From Prochlorococcus sp. AG-347-K10 (GTDB taxonomy: Bacteria > Cyanobacteriota > Cyanobacteriia > PCC-6307 > Cyanobiaceae), in contig QCCB01000007.1 of the NCBI GenBank assembly GCA_003278955.1, positions 911 to 64,910 of the forward strand: 64,000 nucleotides of DNA, read 5' to 3'. Every line of letters begins with the position of its first letter. The first letter of the stretch is position 1. Below the pieces are notes generated by a model. The model had not been told where the DNA came from, ran no database searches, and worked only from the letters and a program-made list of their open reading frames with translations. The position numbers were made by a program, and so were the translations under genes. Of the stretch, positions 32,898 through 43,272 are shown in pieces.

Positions 32898-34931
32898 TTA
32901 GAATAAATTATTTCTTGCCCCAAATACTTCTTCTGAAATGATTAGTAAAGAGCTTCTACTCTTTATTGAAACAGATTTTTCATTAATGGTTAAGGGTTCA
33001 AAAATCTCAGGCATGCTAGTGTCGATAACTTTTAACCAATTATATTTACATTTCGGCAAGGGGAAGTCGATACTTTTTGAATATGCATTTAAACCTATCC
33101 AAACCAGCGGATTAGTATTGTCTTGGTTAATGCTAAAGGCAACCGTGTGTGACCAACTACTCCAATCGGGGCTATCTAACTTTGTTCCATGCCAATGATA
33201 TGTTGGAATATTTTTATTGGTTTGATTATTAGGGAAGAATGATGGATTGAAAATGTTTATTAGTTTTTTTCGGATTTTTATAACATATTTAAAATATTCT
33301 AATAATTCTAAATCTTGTTGACCTTGATCCCAATTCATCCAGCCCAATAAATTATCTTGGCACCAAGAATTGTTGTTCCCGCCTTGTGATCTTCCTATTT
33401 CATCACCCATAAGTATCATTGGAACACCTTTAGAGATAAGTAAACTAAGAACAAGATTTTTTTGTTGTCTTTTTCTTAAATCATTGATTAATAAGTTCGT
33501 AGTTGGTCCCTCAGTACCATGATTCCAAGAATTGTTATGGTTATCACCATCTCTGTTTTGCTCTCTGTTCGCAAAATTATGTTTTCTATTGAAAGTTACT
33601 AAATCTTTTAGAGTGAATCCATCATGTGAAGTTATAAAGTTTATTGATTTTGGCAAAATAGTATTTTTTTTATAAATTGATGGAGTACCTTTGATTTTAT
33701 CGCTCATATTCCAAGCTGTATCTTTATCCCCCTTCCAAAATCTCCTCAAATCATCTCTAAAATGACCATTCCAAGTGAAAGTATTCTTAGATGGGAAATC
33801 ACCTAATTTATATAAACCGCCACAATCCCATGGCTCACTTATGAACTTGATATCGATAAGTTCTGGCTCACATTCTATATCTTCAAAAATTGGAGGATTA
33901 TCAAGCGGTGAAAGATTTTCTCCTCTTGATAGGGCAATTCCTAAATCAAATCTAAAACCATCAACTCCTAATTCACTCGCCCAACATTTTAAAGATTCAA
34001 TTATTAGTTTTCTAACTAATCCTCTATTTGCTGCAATAGTGTTACCACATCCGGAGACGTCCTGAAAATTTTTATCTTTCCCAATAAAGTAATAAAGATT
34101 TTCATCTATACCTTTCCAAGATATTGCTGGCCCTTTTGAATCACCTTCGCAAGTGTGATTGTATACAACATCTAATATGACTTCAATGTCTGCTTTATGA
34201 CATTCCTCTACAAATCTTCTAAATTCCTCTCTATTCTTTTCGGCAGATTCATTCGAAAGATATTCAAAATGCGGAGTAAACCAATTAATTGGACTATATC
34301 CCCAAAAATTTTTTAGACCATTTGGTGCATCAGTAGGATCAAAACAAAAAATTGGAAGTAATTCAATTGTTGTAATACCCAGTTCTTTGAGATAAGGAAT
34401 TTTTTTTAAGAATTTCTTAAAACAACTTTCATCTTTATCAGTTGATTCAGTGAAAGCTTTGATATGGAGTTCATAAATAATTGTTTCTTCCCAAGAATGC
34501 TTAGGTCTTGGATAATCCTTAAAATTAAATAATTTTCTATCGCATACAACACTTTTAAGACAAGAATTAGTATTTTCTTGATTTTTTAATGCATTTTCTC
34601 TTTTATAACTTCCCCATCCGGTAATACCCCTTGAACATGGATCAAGTAATACTTTTTTTTCATAGTTATTATTAATTTCATTATTTTTTTGTTTCACTCT
34701 AAAAGCATAAATACAACCTTCATCAAGATTTTTTATTTCCGCATGCCAGTATGGACCTGTATTATGATTATGATCTAATTTGAATATGCTTTTTGGGGAA
34801 TTAGAGTCCTCTTTCTCAAACAATAAGATTTCTACATATTCTGCATTTGTGGCTACTAAGGAAAAATTAATCCCTTGTGAAGTTAGAGAACTCCCTAAAG
34901 GAAATGGTTTACCTTTATTGAGATGAATCAC
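32898..34931 (-). CDS. glgX: Glycogen debranching enzyme / isoamylase (GH13)
   Basis: NFWGY, DVVYNHT, DGFRFDL, EPWD, SHDGFTL motifs. Confidence 0.95.
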   Translation of the reverse strand: MIHLNKGKPFPLGSSLTSQGINFSLVATNAEYVEILLFEKEDSNSPKSIFKLDHNHNTGPYWHAEIKNLDEGCIYAFRVKQKNNEINNNYEKKVLLDPCSRGITGWGSYKRENALKNQENTNSCLKSVVCDRKLFNFKDYPRPKHSWEETIIYELHIKAFTESTDKDESCFKKFLKKIPYLKELGITTIELLPIFCFDPTDAPNGLKNFWGYSPINWFTPHFEYLSNESAEKNREEFRRFVEECHKADIEVILDVVYNHTCEGDSKGPAISWKGIDENLYYFIGKDKNFQDVSGCGNTIAANRGLVRKLIIESLKCWASELGVDGFRFDLGIALSRGENLSPLDNPPIFEDIECEPELIDIKFISEPWDCGGLYKLGDFPSKNTFTWNGHFRDDLRRFWKGDKDTAWNMSDKIKGTPSIYKKNTILPKSINFITSHDGFTLKDLVTFNRKHNFANREQNRDGDNHNNSWNHGTEGPTTNLLINDLRKRQQKNLVLSLLISKGVPMILMGDEIGRSQGGNNNSWCQDNLLGWMNWDQGQQDLELLEYFKYVIKIRKKLINIFNPSFFPNNQTNKNIPTYHWHGTKLDSPDWSSWSHTVAFSINQDNTNPLVWIGLNAYSKSIDFPLPKCKYNWLKVIDTSMPEIFEPLTINEKSVSIKSRSSLLIISEEVFGARNNLF

Positions 34932-35460
34932 TTTTTCTTTATCATTGATTAGTTAAATATTGAGATAATTTATTTAAATTACTGATATTTGAATAATAGA
35001 TGCAAAAATTAAAAAAAAACTCAAATTTAAGGCTTCACTAATCAACTTTATTAGATCTTGGAGAGTATTAATTTTCTAATTAATTACAATTTATTCATCC
35101 ATCTGCTCAGTGCATAAAACGATTTATAGAGAAAGTTTAATTATGAGAAAACCAGATTTTTCTTGATTTCAAAATACAAATTGTGTTTTTTCATGTGATG
35201 AGAAGGAAATATATCTGAAAATTAATAAAACATAATAAATAGCTCAAATTCTTAAATTCACCTCCCCTTTGACATTATCCCCCTTTGCTAAATGTAGTTA
35301 GTTTTTTAATGCTAAATCTAGTGCTACCAATGCTTTTTGCTGTTCTCTAAATGAAGATACTTTTTTTTATGAATGAAAAAGCGCGGCTATAAGAAATAAA
35401 TAATGTTGCTAAAAATGTCCCTAAAATTTGTATAAAGCTTTGCGCCACCGGCATTTTCGG

Positions 35461-35489
35461 TTGCCGTATTTGTATTTGCTCCATATGAT
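35461..35489 (+). promoter_or_regulatory. Sigma70-type promoter of hup
   Basis: TTGCCG (35461-66) - 17 nt - TATGAT (35484-89); a TCGAG/CTCGA hairpin at 35498-35514 would lie at the 5' end of the transcript. Confidence 0.6.
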
Positions 35490-35554
35490 GTGAAAGTTCG
35501 AGGTTTAAACTCGATTTAATCTTTTTTTAACCCCTAGCTTTAATTTAAATTTCA

Positions 35555-35830
35555 ATGAACAAAGCTGATTTAGTAAATCTTGTTGCAGCTCGTACAGAGC
35601 TCACAAAAACGGATGTTTCTTTAGTTGTTGATGCAGCTATTGAAACTATTGTTGACTCAGTAGTGGAAGGCAAAAAAGTCTCTTTACTAGGATTTGGTTC
35701 TTTTGAACCAAGAGATCGTTCTGCAAGACAGGGATTAAACCCTAAGACAGGCGAAAAAATAGCAATACCCGCTAAAAGAGTTCCAACATTTTCTGCAGGT
35801 AAACTTTTTAAGGATAGAGTTCAAGGGTAA
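35555..35830 (+). CDS. hup: Histone-like DNA-binding protein HU
   Basis: MNKADLV, GFGSFEPRDRSAR.GLNPKTGE, P.FSAGKLFK motifs. Confidence 0.97.
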   Translation: MNKADLVNLVAARTELTKTDVSLVVDAAIETIVDSVVEGKKVSLLGFGSFEPRDRSARQGLNPKTGEKIAIPAKRVPTFSAGKLFKDRVQG

Positions 35831-35861
35831 TTTTTTTAATCTATTTCTTCCTTTAATAACT

Positions 35862-35890
35862 AGGTGCTCTTTCAGGGCATCTTTTTTTTT
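35862..35890 (+). terminator. Intrinsic terminator of hup
   Basis: AGGTGCTCT-ttc-AGGGCATCT stem (with G-U pairs) followed by a T run. Confidence 0.8.
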
Positions 35891-35969
35891 AAATCGCAAA
35901 AACATGCAATTAGCTCAATGCTCAGCATTCTTAACGAGGCGTCCAAAATTTTGAAAATCTTAAGAAGTA

Positions 35970-36281
35970 ATGAAATGTTTAACTATTTTATTCCTGAAAT
36001 TTTTGTTGTTATCTAATTTTGTTATGGCTGAAACGATACCAACAAAGTCTAAGATTTTAAAACAATCTAATGATTGTTTTAAAGATTCTCGAACCCAAAT
36101 ATGTAAAGAATTAGTTTCTGAAATAGAAAAACTTCAATTATTAGTATTTGACCAAAATAGATTCAAATGTCAATCAAGTTTATTGGGACTGCAAACGGAA
36201 ATTATTGAAGCTTATTTTTTTAATAATTTCTCAAATGAGAGAATTTCCTTAATGATCCCATATGTGATTAAAAATTGTTAA
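35970..36281 (+). CDS. Hypothetical exported protein, Cys-containing
   Basis: 103 aa; signal-peptide-like N-terminus ending VMA; four Cys in the mature part. Confidence 0.65.
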   Translation: MKCLTILFLKFLLLSNFVMAETIPTKSKILKQSNDCFKDSRTQICKELVSEIEKLQLLVFDQNRFKCQSSLLGLQTEIIEAYFFNNFSNERISLMIPYVIKNC

Positions 36282-36335
36282 TTATTAAAAAAATTTATTT
36301 TTTTGGAATATTATAAATTTGTTATTTAATTTGTA

Positions 36336-36578
36336 ATGGTAAAAGGTTTTTCTGATAATGAAGTTAAGAATAATACTCAAAATACTCAAATAAAAGAAAA
36401 AAAAGGCTTAGCTGGTTTTCTTAAAGGCAAGAAATTTACTTACACTTTGCCAGGCAAAAAACAAATAAATATTTTTGGATCAATAGTAATAGGCTTAAAT
36501 ATCATTTTAGTATTGCTAGTCATCCTGTATTTAAAGAATCAAGAATTCCATGACTTTGTATTTAATGTTGGACGTTAG
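36336..36578 (+). CDS. Small hypothetical membrane protein
   Basis: 80 aa, ATG start, single C-terminal TM helix. Confidence 0.65.
   Translation: MVKGFSDNEVKNNTQNTQIKEKKGLAGFLKGKKFTYTLPGKKQINIFGSIVIGLNIILVLLVILYLKNQEFHDFVFNVGR
36372..36389 (+). repeat. In-frame 9-bp tandem duplication (AATACTCAA x2)
   Basis: Seen directly; encodes NTQNTQ within the 80-aa ORF. Confidence 0.6.
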
Positions 36579-36636
36579 CTATATTTTTAGATCGAAAGAT
36601 TTTATTAGATGATATATTTAAATTTTAGAGAATTTT

Positions 36637-36894
36637 ATGAAGGTGGTTAGTTTAGTTTCTCAAATATTTTTTTTCTTGATAACTGTTCTTTTTTTGATAT
36701 ATTTTCTAACAGGTTATGATTCTGCTTTTGAGGCAGACCAAAATTGTCATTCATATCTTTCAAGTTACGATAACCCATCTGGAAATTATGGTTGTGATCA
36801 TGATACTGAGACACATCAGTGGATACTTTACGAGTCAAATGAAAGTAAAGAACCAGCAAAAATTATTAAGAAATTTAGGTACAAGTTTTTATAA
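36637..36894 (+). CDS. Small hypothetical membrane-anchored protein
   Basis: 85 aa; N-terminal TM helix then FEADQNCH...YGCDHDTETHQWILY. Confidence 0.7.
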   Translation: MKVVSLVSQIFFFLITVLFLIYFLTGYDSAFEADQNCHSYLSSYDNPSGNYGCDHDTETHQWILYESNESKEPAKIIKKFRYKFL

Positions 36895-37101
36895 ATCAAT
36901 TTTTTTATAAAAAAACTTTGCACTTATTATTGATATTATCGCTGTAATTGCGAAAGTAAGATACTGATATATGCTTCCTTCTAAGTAAATTTTATTTTTA
37001 TAAAGAGGATAATCAATGAAAGAGCCTAATGTTCCCCAAATTATTACCCACACGGATATGTAAAGGATTGCTTTTATTGGATTAGATTTTTTTTCTTCCA
37101 T
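36889..37101 (-). CDS. Small hypothetical two-TM protein
   Basis: 70 aa; WVIIWGTLGSFIDYPL; starts 2 nt after the hli stop. Confidence 0.7.
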   Translation of the reverse strand: MEEKKSNPIKAILYISVWVIIWGTLGSFIDYPLYKNKIYLEGSIYQYLTFAITAIISIISAKFFYKKIDL

Positions 37102-37103
37102 TT

Positions 37104-37349
37104 TTAATTGATACCAAAAATTGAAGAAGTAACTGGTCTGCCGCTAAAAACTAACTCGGTTAATATGAGCATTAAGAATCCGATCATTGCTGCTCTACCA
37201 TTTACAAGCTCAGCACTGCTATTGAATCCAAAAACATTCTTAACTTCATCACCCTGATTGTCTACCCATTTTGAGTATTCATTATCAGTTGATGATGTAT
37301 TAGTAAGATCATCATTTTGATTTTCTATTTGAGAGCCGTTTTCTTGCAT
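37104..37349 (-). CDS. hli: High-light-inducible protein (CAB/ELIP/HLIP family)
   Basis: AELVNGRAAMIGF chlorophyll-binding motif plus TM helix. Confidence 0.93.
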   Translation of the reverse strand: MQENGSQIENQNDDLTNTSSTDNEYSKWVDNQGDEVKNVFGFNSSAELVNGRAAMIGFLMLILTELVFSGRPVTSSIFGIN

Positions 37350-37391
37350 TGGTTTTAGATTTATTTTAATAATTTTTAAACTAATTTATTA

Positions 37392-38417
37392 TTAAATTAA
37401 ACTAGATATTATAAAAAAAATTAAGGCAAAAATTATTATCCACAAAAATTGTAATCTCGTAATTAATTGACAAATTAATTTGATTTTTTCTTCAGTGCAA
37501 TTATCTCCAGTCTCATTAATTATTGGCTTTTCAATAATTTCATTTTTATATTTACTTTTACCTCCCAATTTAATACCGGAAATATAGGCAAATATAGCTT
37601 CTGAAATCCCTGCATTAGGGGAATCATATTTTTTGCCATCAAGATAACTTTTTTTTATGATTGATCCATACTCATTAACTTTGGAGCTAACTAAAGGTAA
37701 CGTGATTAAAACTAATCTTGAAGGAACAAATGTAAAAATATCTTCGATTTTTGCACTGAAAAAACCCAAATATCTAAAATAATCATATTTGTAACCTATC
37801 ATTGAATCTAAAGTACTTATGGCTTTATAAGAAAAACCAAGTGACAAAGGTCCTGGAAGAAAAATTGAATACTTCATAAAAATAATTCCAATAAAGATCC
37901 AAAATAATGGTCCAAATATTCCATCAACAGAATTTTCGGTAAGGCTTTCGGTACTTGATCTCAAGAGATGTTTTATAGAAGATGACCTTACATCCCTACT
38001 TACTATTCTTTGTACCTTCTCTCTGATTATTTTCTTATTTTGGTTATTAATTTCCTTGCGTTCTATTAGCCCTGCAATCTCTTTCACACTTGAAATAAGT
38101 CCCTTAGTCGCAATACAACTTGAAAGCCCAAAAAAAATTAATAATCCAACAAAAAAATGATTTCTCGATTGCACATAACTCAGTTCTATCAATTTCCCTA
38201 AACCAAAACTCATTCCAATAGTCGATATAGCTACGAAGAACCCACCCCAAAACAATATATTTTTATTTTCTCCAAAATTATCTATTAGGTAACCAGATAT
38301 TTTTTTTATGTAAACGCCAATTACTTGAACAGGGTGGATTAAAAATCTTGGATCGCCGATCAACAAATCAAAACCAATCGATCCAAGGAATATTAAAAAT
38401 AAATTTATTTCAGCCAA
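37392..38417 (-). CDS. cbiB: Adenosylcobinamide-phosphate synthase CbiB/CobD
   Basis: GDP...[31 protein letters not shown] motifs. Confidence 0.94.
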   Translation of the reverse strand: MAEINLFLIFLGSIGFDLLIGDPRFLIHPVQVIGVYIKKISGYLIDNFGENKNILFWGGFFVAISTIGMSFGLGKLIELSYVQSRNHFFVGLLIFFGLSSCIATKGLISSVKEIAGLIERKEINNQNKKIIREKVQRIVSRDVRSSSIKHLLRSSTESLTENSVDGIFGPLFWIFIGIIFMKYSIFLPGPLSLGFSYKAISTLDSMIGYKYDYFRYLGFFSAKIEDIFTFVPSRLVLITLPLVSSKVNEYGSIIKKSYLDGKKYDSPNAGISEAIFAYISGIKLGGKSKYKNEIIEKPIINETGDNCTEEKIKLICQLITRLQFLWIIIFALIFFIISSLI

Positions 38418-39394
38418 CTGAACATCGAGCGCAGACCTTTACCCACTTTCTCAATTTTATGTTTTGAGTTCTCTTCTCTTAATTTTGTCATTAAGGGTTT
38501 GTTTTTATCGCATTCTTCCACAAAGTTCTTAGCGAAAGTTCCATCTTGTATATCTTTTAGAATTTTCTGCATTTCTTTCTTTGTATCACTATTGATAAGT
38601 CTTTTACCACTTACATAATCTCCATATTCTGCAGTATTTGAAATAGAATCTCTCATTTGGGATAAGCCTCCTTTCACCATTAAATCAACAATAAGTTTAA
38701 CTTCATGTAAGCATTCGAAGTAAGCAAGTTCGGGTTGATAACCTGCCTCTACAAGAGTTTCGAATCCTGACTTGACCAGTTCTGATAATCCTCCGCACAA
38801 AACCGCTTGTTCGCCAAATAAATCAGTTTCTGTTTCTTCTTTAAAGTTTGTTTCAAGAATCCCAGCTCTCGTTCCTCCAATTCCTTTAGCGTAAGCCATT
38901 GCCAATGATCTTGCACTTCCGGAAGAATCCTGCTCAACTGCAAACAGTGCTGGAACTCCTTGACCGTTCTGATATTCCCAACGAACAGTGTGTCCAGGTC
39001 CTTTTGGGGCAATCATTACAACATCCACAAAACTAGGAGGTTTGATAAGACCGAATCTTATATTGAAGCCATGAGCAAAACTTAGTATCTTGCCTTCTTT
39101 TAAGTTAGGTTCTATTTCCTTAAGGTAAACATCTTTCTGAAACTCATCGGGGAGGAGAATCATAATCCAGTCTGCTTTTTTGCAAGCTTCAGAAACGCTA
39201 AAGACTTGTAGACCATCGCTAATGGCTTTGCTTTCAGACTTACTTCCTTTATATAATCCAACAACTACATCCATACCGCTATCTTTAAGATTTAGGGCAT
39301 GTGCATGACCTTGTGATCCATATCCAATAATCGCTATTGTTTTATTATTTAAAAGACTTAGATCTGCATCCGTGTCGTAAAAGAGTTGGGTCAT
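38405..39394 (-). CDS. ilvC: Ketol-acid reductoisomerase
   Basis: [33 protein letters not shown] motifs. Confidence 0.98.
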   Translation of the reverse strand: MTQLFYDTDADLSLLNNKTIAIIGYGSQGHAHALNLKDSGMDVVVGLYKGSKSESKAISDGLQVFSVSEACKKADWIMILLPDEFQKDVYLKEIEPNLKEGKILSFAHGFNIRFGLIKPPSFVDVVMIAPKGPGHTVRWEYQNGQGVPALFAVEQDSSGSARSLAMAYAKGIGGTRAGILETNFKEETETDLFGEQAVLCGGLSELVKSGFETLVEAGYQPELAYFECLHEVKLIVDLMVKGGLSQMRDSISNTAEYGDYVSGKRLINSDTKKEMQKILKDIQDGTFAKNFVEECDKNKPLMTKLREENSKHKIEKVGKGLRSMFSWLK

Positions 39395-39503
39395 TAGTTG
39401 TAGCTTCTTTGCGTTTAATAGTTATTATTTTAGACATTAAGGTGGCAATAAACCAAAAAATTATTAATTTAAAAATTAAAATTAAAATATTAATTTAGAA
39501 AGT

Positions 39504-40115
39504 TTAAGACTGATTTGCTTCGCTTGGATGTGTAATTACTCTATCAATTAATCCATAATTTTTTGCTTCTTCAGCACTTAGAAAATAATCTCTATCAGTA
39601 TCCTTTTCAATTTTCTCAAATGATTGGCCTGTCATATCTGCCATAGACATGTTTAACATGTCTTTAATTCTTAAAATTTCCTTAGCTTCAATTTCAATAT
39701 CACTTGCTTGGCGTTGAGAAGTCCCTCCTAGGGGTTGATGAATCATTATTCTGCTGTGAGGCAAAGCAACTCTTTTACCTTGTGTACCAGCGGCCAATAG
39801 GAACGCTCCCATGGAGGCTGCAAGGCCTACGCATATGGTTACTACATCACTTTTTACGTATTTAATAGTGTCATAAATTGCCAAGCCAGCAGTTACTGAT
39901 CCTCCTGGGCTATTTATATACAAATAGATAGGTTTGGAATTGTCATCAGAATCTAGATAAAGCATTTGTGCAACAAGACTATTAGCAATACCATCATTCA
40001 CTTCTTGTCCAAGAAAAAGAATTCTTTCAACACCTAGTCTTGTATATATGTCGACCCATCTTTCGTATTGACTTCCGGGAAGTCTGTAAGGCACGCTTGG
40101 AGTTCCTATTGGCAT
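39504..40115 (-). CDS. clpP: ATP-dependent Clp protease proteolytic subunit (ClpP3 type)
   Basis: MPIGTP N-terminus; catalytic AASMGA Ser, MIHQP His and RD Asp. Confidence 0.96.
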   Translation of the reverse strand: MPIGTPSVPYRLPGSQYERWVDIYTRLGVERILFLGQEVNDGIANSLVAQMLYLDSDDNSKPIYLYINSPGGSVTAGLAIYDTIKYVKSDVVTICVGLAASMGAFLLAAGTQGKRVALPHSRIMIHQPLGGTSQRQASDIEIEAKEILRIKDMLNMSMADMTGQSFEKIEKDTDRDYFLSAEEAKNYGLIDRVITHPSEANQS

Positions 40116-40139
40116 GATTTTAAAATAGTGTAGTGAGTG

Positions 40140-40802
40140 TTAAATTTTATTTGGTAGATCTTTTTGACTTGTGAGTATTCTATCAATAACTCCATAATCT
40201 AGGGCTTCTTGTGGGTTGAGATAACTCATCCTGTCAGAGTCTTTTGAGAGTTCTTCGATGGTCTTTCCAGTATTACGAGATAAAATCTCCAGCATTGATT
40301 TTTTATTTTTCAAAACTTCTTCAGCTCTTATTTGGATATCGGTTGCTTGACCTCTTGCTCCGCTTATAGGTTGATGCAAAACAATAGAAGCATGTGGAAG
40401 AGCGGCTCTTTGTCCCTTAGTTCCAGATGAAAGAATAACTGCAGCAGTCCCCATTGCTTGTCCGATACATATCGTGTGTACTGGAGGCTTAATGTAGCTA
40501 ATTGTATCGCAGATAGCGAAAGCTTCTGTTTCAAAACCTACTGCGTCACCGGTGTACCAACTTGTCCCAGTTGAATTGATATAGAAATAGATTGGTTTTT
40601 CCGGATCCTCAAACTCTAAATAAAGAAGTTGAGCAATGATTAGCTCAGTAACATCCATTCCTAGTTGCCTTTTCGCATCATCATCTGAAAATAATGGTAA
40701 ACCAAGATAAACGATCCTTTCTTTCAGTAAAAGAGAGGGGAGATCTGGGGGTGGGGTCCTCATAACGGTGTTTTCGCCGTAATAAGGAGCAGATACAGTC
40801 AT
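40140..40802 (-). CDS. clpR: Non-catalytic Clp subunit ClpR
   Basis: ClpP-like fold with PPPDLPSLLLKERIVYLG; catalytic Ser replaced (QAMGTAA); upstream of clpP3; ATG at 40802. Confidence 0.9.
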   Translation of the reverse strand: MTVSAPYYGENTVMRTPPPDLPSLLLKERIVYLGLPLFSDDDAKRQLGMDVTELIIAQLLYLEFEDPEKPIYFYINSTGTSWYTGDAVGFETEAFAICDTISYIKPPVHTICIGQAMGTAAVILSSGTKGQRAALPHASIVLHQPISGARGQATDIQIRAEEVLKNKKSMLEILSRNTGKTIEELSKDSDRMSYLNPQEALDYGVIDRILTSQKDLPNKI

Positions 40803-40842
40803 TTGTATCACAAAATTAAGATTGAACTGATTCTAGCTAGAT

Positions 40843-41952
40843 TTAGCCCCGTGTCGCTGGTGATTTAAAAGATTTGTTTGACTCAGGATTATTTATAAGT
40901 TTTCCAAAGACCATTCTTCCAGTGGGAGTTTGTAATGCTCCTGTGATAACAATATCTAATCTGCTTCCAACAAAATTCTTTGCCTCATCAATAACAACCA
41001 TTGTGCCATCATCTAAATATCCAATACCTTGCATTTTTTCTTTGCCTTCTCTCACGATTTTTATATTAAGTGATTCTCCTGGTTGTACTTCTGGCCTTAA
41101 AGCAATAACCAAATCACTCAAATTCATGACTTTTAATTCTTTAACTTCAGCGATTTGAGAAAGATTATAATCAGCCGTAATTAAAGTTCCTGTCATATCC
41201 TCAGTAATTTTTAGGAGTTTTTCATCTACCCCATTACCTTCATACTTTGTTGGGTTTATTACAAGTCTTCTCCCATATAAATCTCTTAATTCTTTTAATA
41301 ACTTGAGACCTCTCCTGCCTTTCGACCTTTTTTCATTACTGCTTGAGTCAGCTAAAGTTTGTAATTCATCAATTACACTTTGAGCAACAATTAATTGCCC
41401 TTCCAATAAGCCGCAACTTAATAGACCATTGATTCTTCCATCAATAATTACGCTAGTATCTAGAATTTTTGGACTTGCAGCAGGGAGAATTCCTTCATTG
41501 ACTAGATATGCATCAGTGTTATTTGGATTGAATAATCTCAATAATGTCCTTCCATGGGTATCTGCCAACTTATAACCAAGCACACCAAAGAAAATGTTGC
41601 TTAATATTGCTGATAATGGTTTTGCGAAAAAAACCTCTCTAGGGAAGGGAATTAATAGTATTGGCGCTAGTAGTAGATTCGCAACAAGTAATCCTAAAAT
41701 TAATCCAACAGACCTACTTATTAGTAAGTCCGTAGGCATTGTTCTTATTTGATCAAGAAAAGTCTTTCTAAGTTGAAGGAATACAAAACCAGCTGCTAAT
41801 CCTACAAAAAACCCAATTATTGCTAAAACAATTCTAAAACCTTCTACATTAGATACCTGTTTGAGTATGTCTACAGGCAATAAATCAACACCAAGCCACC
41901 CTGAGGCAGCCCCAGACAATACAAATAAAATTAATACTAAGATATCTGTCAT
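40843..41952 (-). CDS. PIN/TRAM-domain membrane protein (YacL/Ycf81-like)
   Basis: Four TM helices, PIN (LDTSVIIDGR, TADYNL) and TRAM (GIGYLDDGTMVV) domains. Confidence 0.9.
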   Translation of the reverse strand: MTDILVLILFVLSGAASGWLGVDLLPVDILKQVSNVEGFRIVLAIIGFFVGLAAGFVFLQLRKTFLDQIRTMPTDLLISRSVGLILGLLVANLLLAPILLIPFPREVFFAKPLSAILSNIFFGVLGYKLADTHGRTLLRLFNPNNTDAYLVNEGILPAASPKILDTSVIIDGRINGLLSCGLLEGQLIVAQSVIDELQTLADSSSNEKRSKGRRGLKLLKELRDLYGRRLVINPTKYEGNGVDEKLLKITEDMTGTLITADYNLSQIAEVKELKVMNLSDLVIALRPEVQPGESLNIKIVREGKEKMQGIGYLDDGTMVVIDEAKNFVGSRLDIVITGALQTPTGRMVFGKLINNPESNKSFKSPATRG

Positions 41953-42048
41953 ATCTATAATCTACTAGGATTTATTAATTAGGTAAATAAGGATTTTATT
42001 TTTTTCGATCCTTAATACTTTTTTGGAGCTTAAAAATGAATTTAGATT

Positions 42049-43272
42049 ATGAATAAGTTTCCAAGAAGTGCTTATGTGCACATTCCTTTTTGCCACAGAA
42101 GGTGTTTTTATTGTGATTTTGCAGTTATTCCACTAGGAAACGAAGTTGAAACTTTAAAAGGTTATGGAAGCAAAACTGTTCAAGAGTATTTGCAATTTTT
42201 ATATAAAGAAATATTGTCAATTAAGCATAAATCACCTCTATCGACAATTTATATAGGAGGTGGTACACCTTCAATTTTAGATCCTGCCCAAATCAAAGAA
42301 TTAGTTGATCTTTTTAAAGAAAATTATGGAATTGACTATGGTGCTGAAATTACTATGGAGGTTGATCCTGCAAGTTTCACTCAAGATGATCTTTTTGGAT
42401 TCATAAATGCTGGGATAAATAGATTTAGTCTTGGAGTACAAAGTTTTAATAATCAGATACTTCAAAAGTCGGGAAGGCGTCATTTGAAAGAAGATGCAGA
42501 GAAATCTTGTTTATGGTTGAAGAGAGAATATGATTCTGGGTTAATAAAAAGCTGGAGTTTAGACTTAATTCAAAACTTGCCACTAAGTGGATTTAAAGAA
42601 TGGCAAGATGACTTAAAAAAAGCAATTTCATTTTCACCGCCTCATCTATCTATTTACGATTTAAATATTGAAAATGGCACTGTTTTTAAAAAATTAATTA
42701 ATTTAGGTAAATTAAAACTCCCAAGTGATGAAGAAGCTTTTAGAAATAGTGAATCAACCCATTTATTTTTAAAAAACTCAGGGTATTCAAGATATGAAAT
42801 CTCAAACTATTGCCTTCCGCGACATCAGTCGAGACATAATAGAGTTTATTGGAGGGGTTTAGGTTGGTGGAGTTTTGGTCAAGGTTCTACTAGTTCACCT
42901 TGGGGGGAAAAGTTTACTCGACCAAGAGTTAGTAAAGAATATAAAGAATGGGTGACTAGACAAGACGAATTCAATTTAGATTCATCCTTAACTAATAAGG
43001 AGTTTGTTTATAAAGAACTTGATGAGAAAATAATGTTGGGATTAAGACTTAAAGAGGGTGTAGATATCAAAGAAGTGTTTAAAGAACAAAACTGGGAAAA
43101 CAAAAAATTTGAAAGCAACTTCAGTAAATTGGTTGAAGAATGGGAAAGATTTCTTGAAAGTGGACTACTATTAAGAAAAGGGAATAGATTCTTTTTAAGT
43201 GAGCCTAATGGCATGGAACTTAGCAACCAAGTTCTTGTTTCTATGTTTAAGTGGTGGGATAAGATTAACTAA
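42049..43272 (+). CDS. hemW: Radical SAM heme chaperone HemW (HemN-like)
   Basis: YVHIPFCHRRCFYCDF, GGGTPS, YEISNY, HNRVYW motifs. Confidence 0.9.
   Translation: MNKFPRSAYVHIPFCHRRCFYCDFAVIPLGNEVETLKGYGSKTVQEYLQFLYKEILSIKHKSPLSTIYIGGGTPSILDPAQIKELVDLFKENYGIDYGAEITMEVDPASFTQDDLFGFINAGINRFSLGVQSFNNQILQKSGRRHLKEDAEKSCLWLKREYDSGLIKSWSLDLIQNLPLSGFKEWQDDLKKAISFSPPHLSIYDLNIENGTVFKKLINLGKLKLPSDEEAFRNSESTHLFLKNSGYSRYEISNYCLPRHQSRHNRVYWRGLGWWSFGQGSTSSPWGEKFTRPRVSKEYKEWVTRQDEFNLDSSLTNKEFVYKELDEKIMLGLRLKEGVDIKEVFKEQNWENKKFESNFSKLVEEWERFLESGLLLRKGNRFFLSEPNGMELSNQVLVSMFKWWDKIN

Noticed and set aside
35314-35336. AAATCTAGTGCTACCAATGCTTT, loosely reminiscent of dispersed picocyanobacterial intergenic motifs
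   Set aside because: Single copy in the window, only weakly palindromic, and the resemblance cannot be verified without a search
35906-35945. GCAATTAGCTCAATG resembling a tRNA 5' half or att remnant downstream of hup
   Set aside because: No anticodon or T arm follows, and no integrase is nearby
40140-40802. ClpP homolog missing the catalytic Ser as a pseudogene
   Set aside because: This is the normal cyanobacterial non-catalytic ClpR paired with ClpP3; the ORF is intact
40843-41952. PIN domain as a toxin-antitoxin toxin
   Set aside because: Membrane-anchored PIN-TRAM architecture is the conserved YacL/Ycf81 family, and no antitoxin ORF is adjacent
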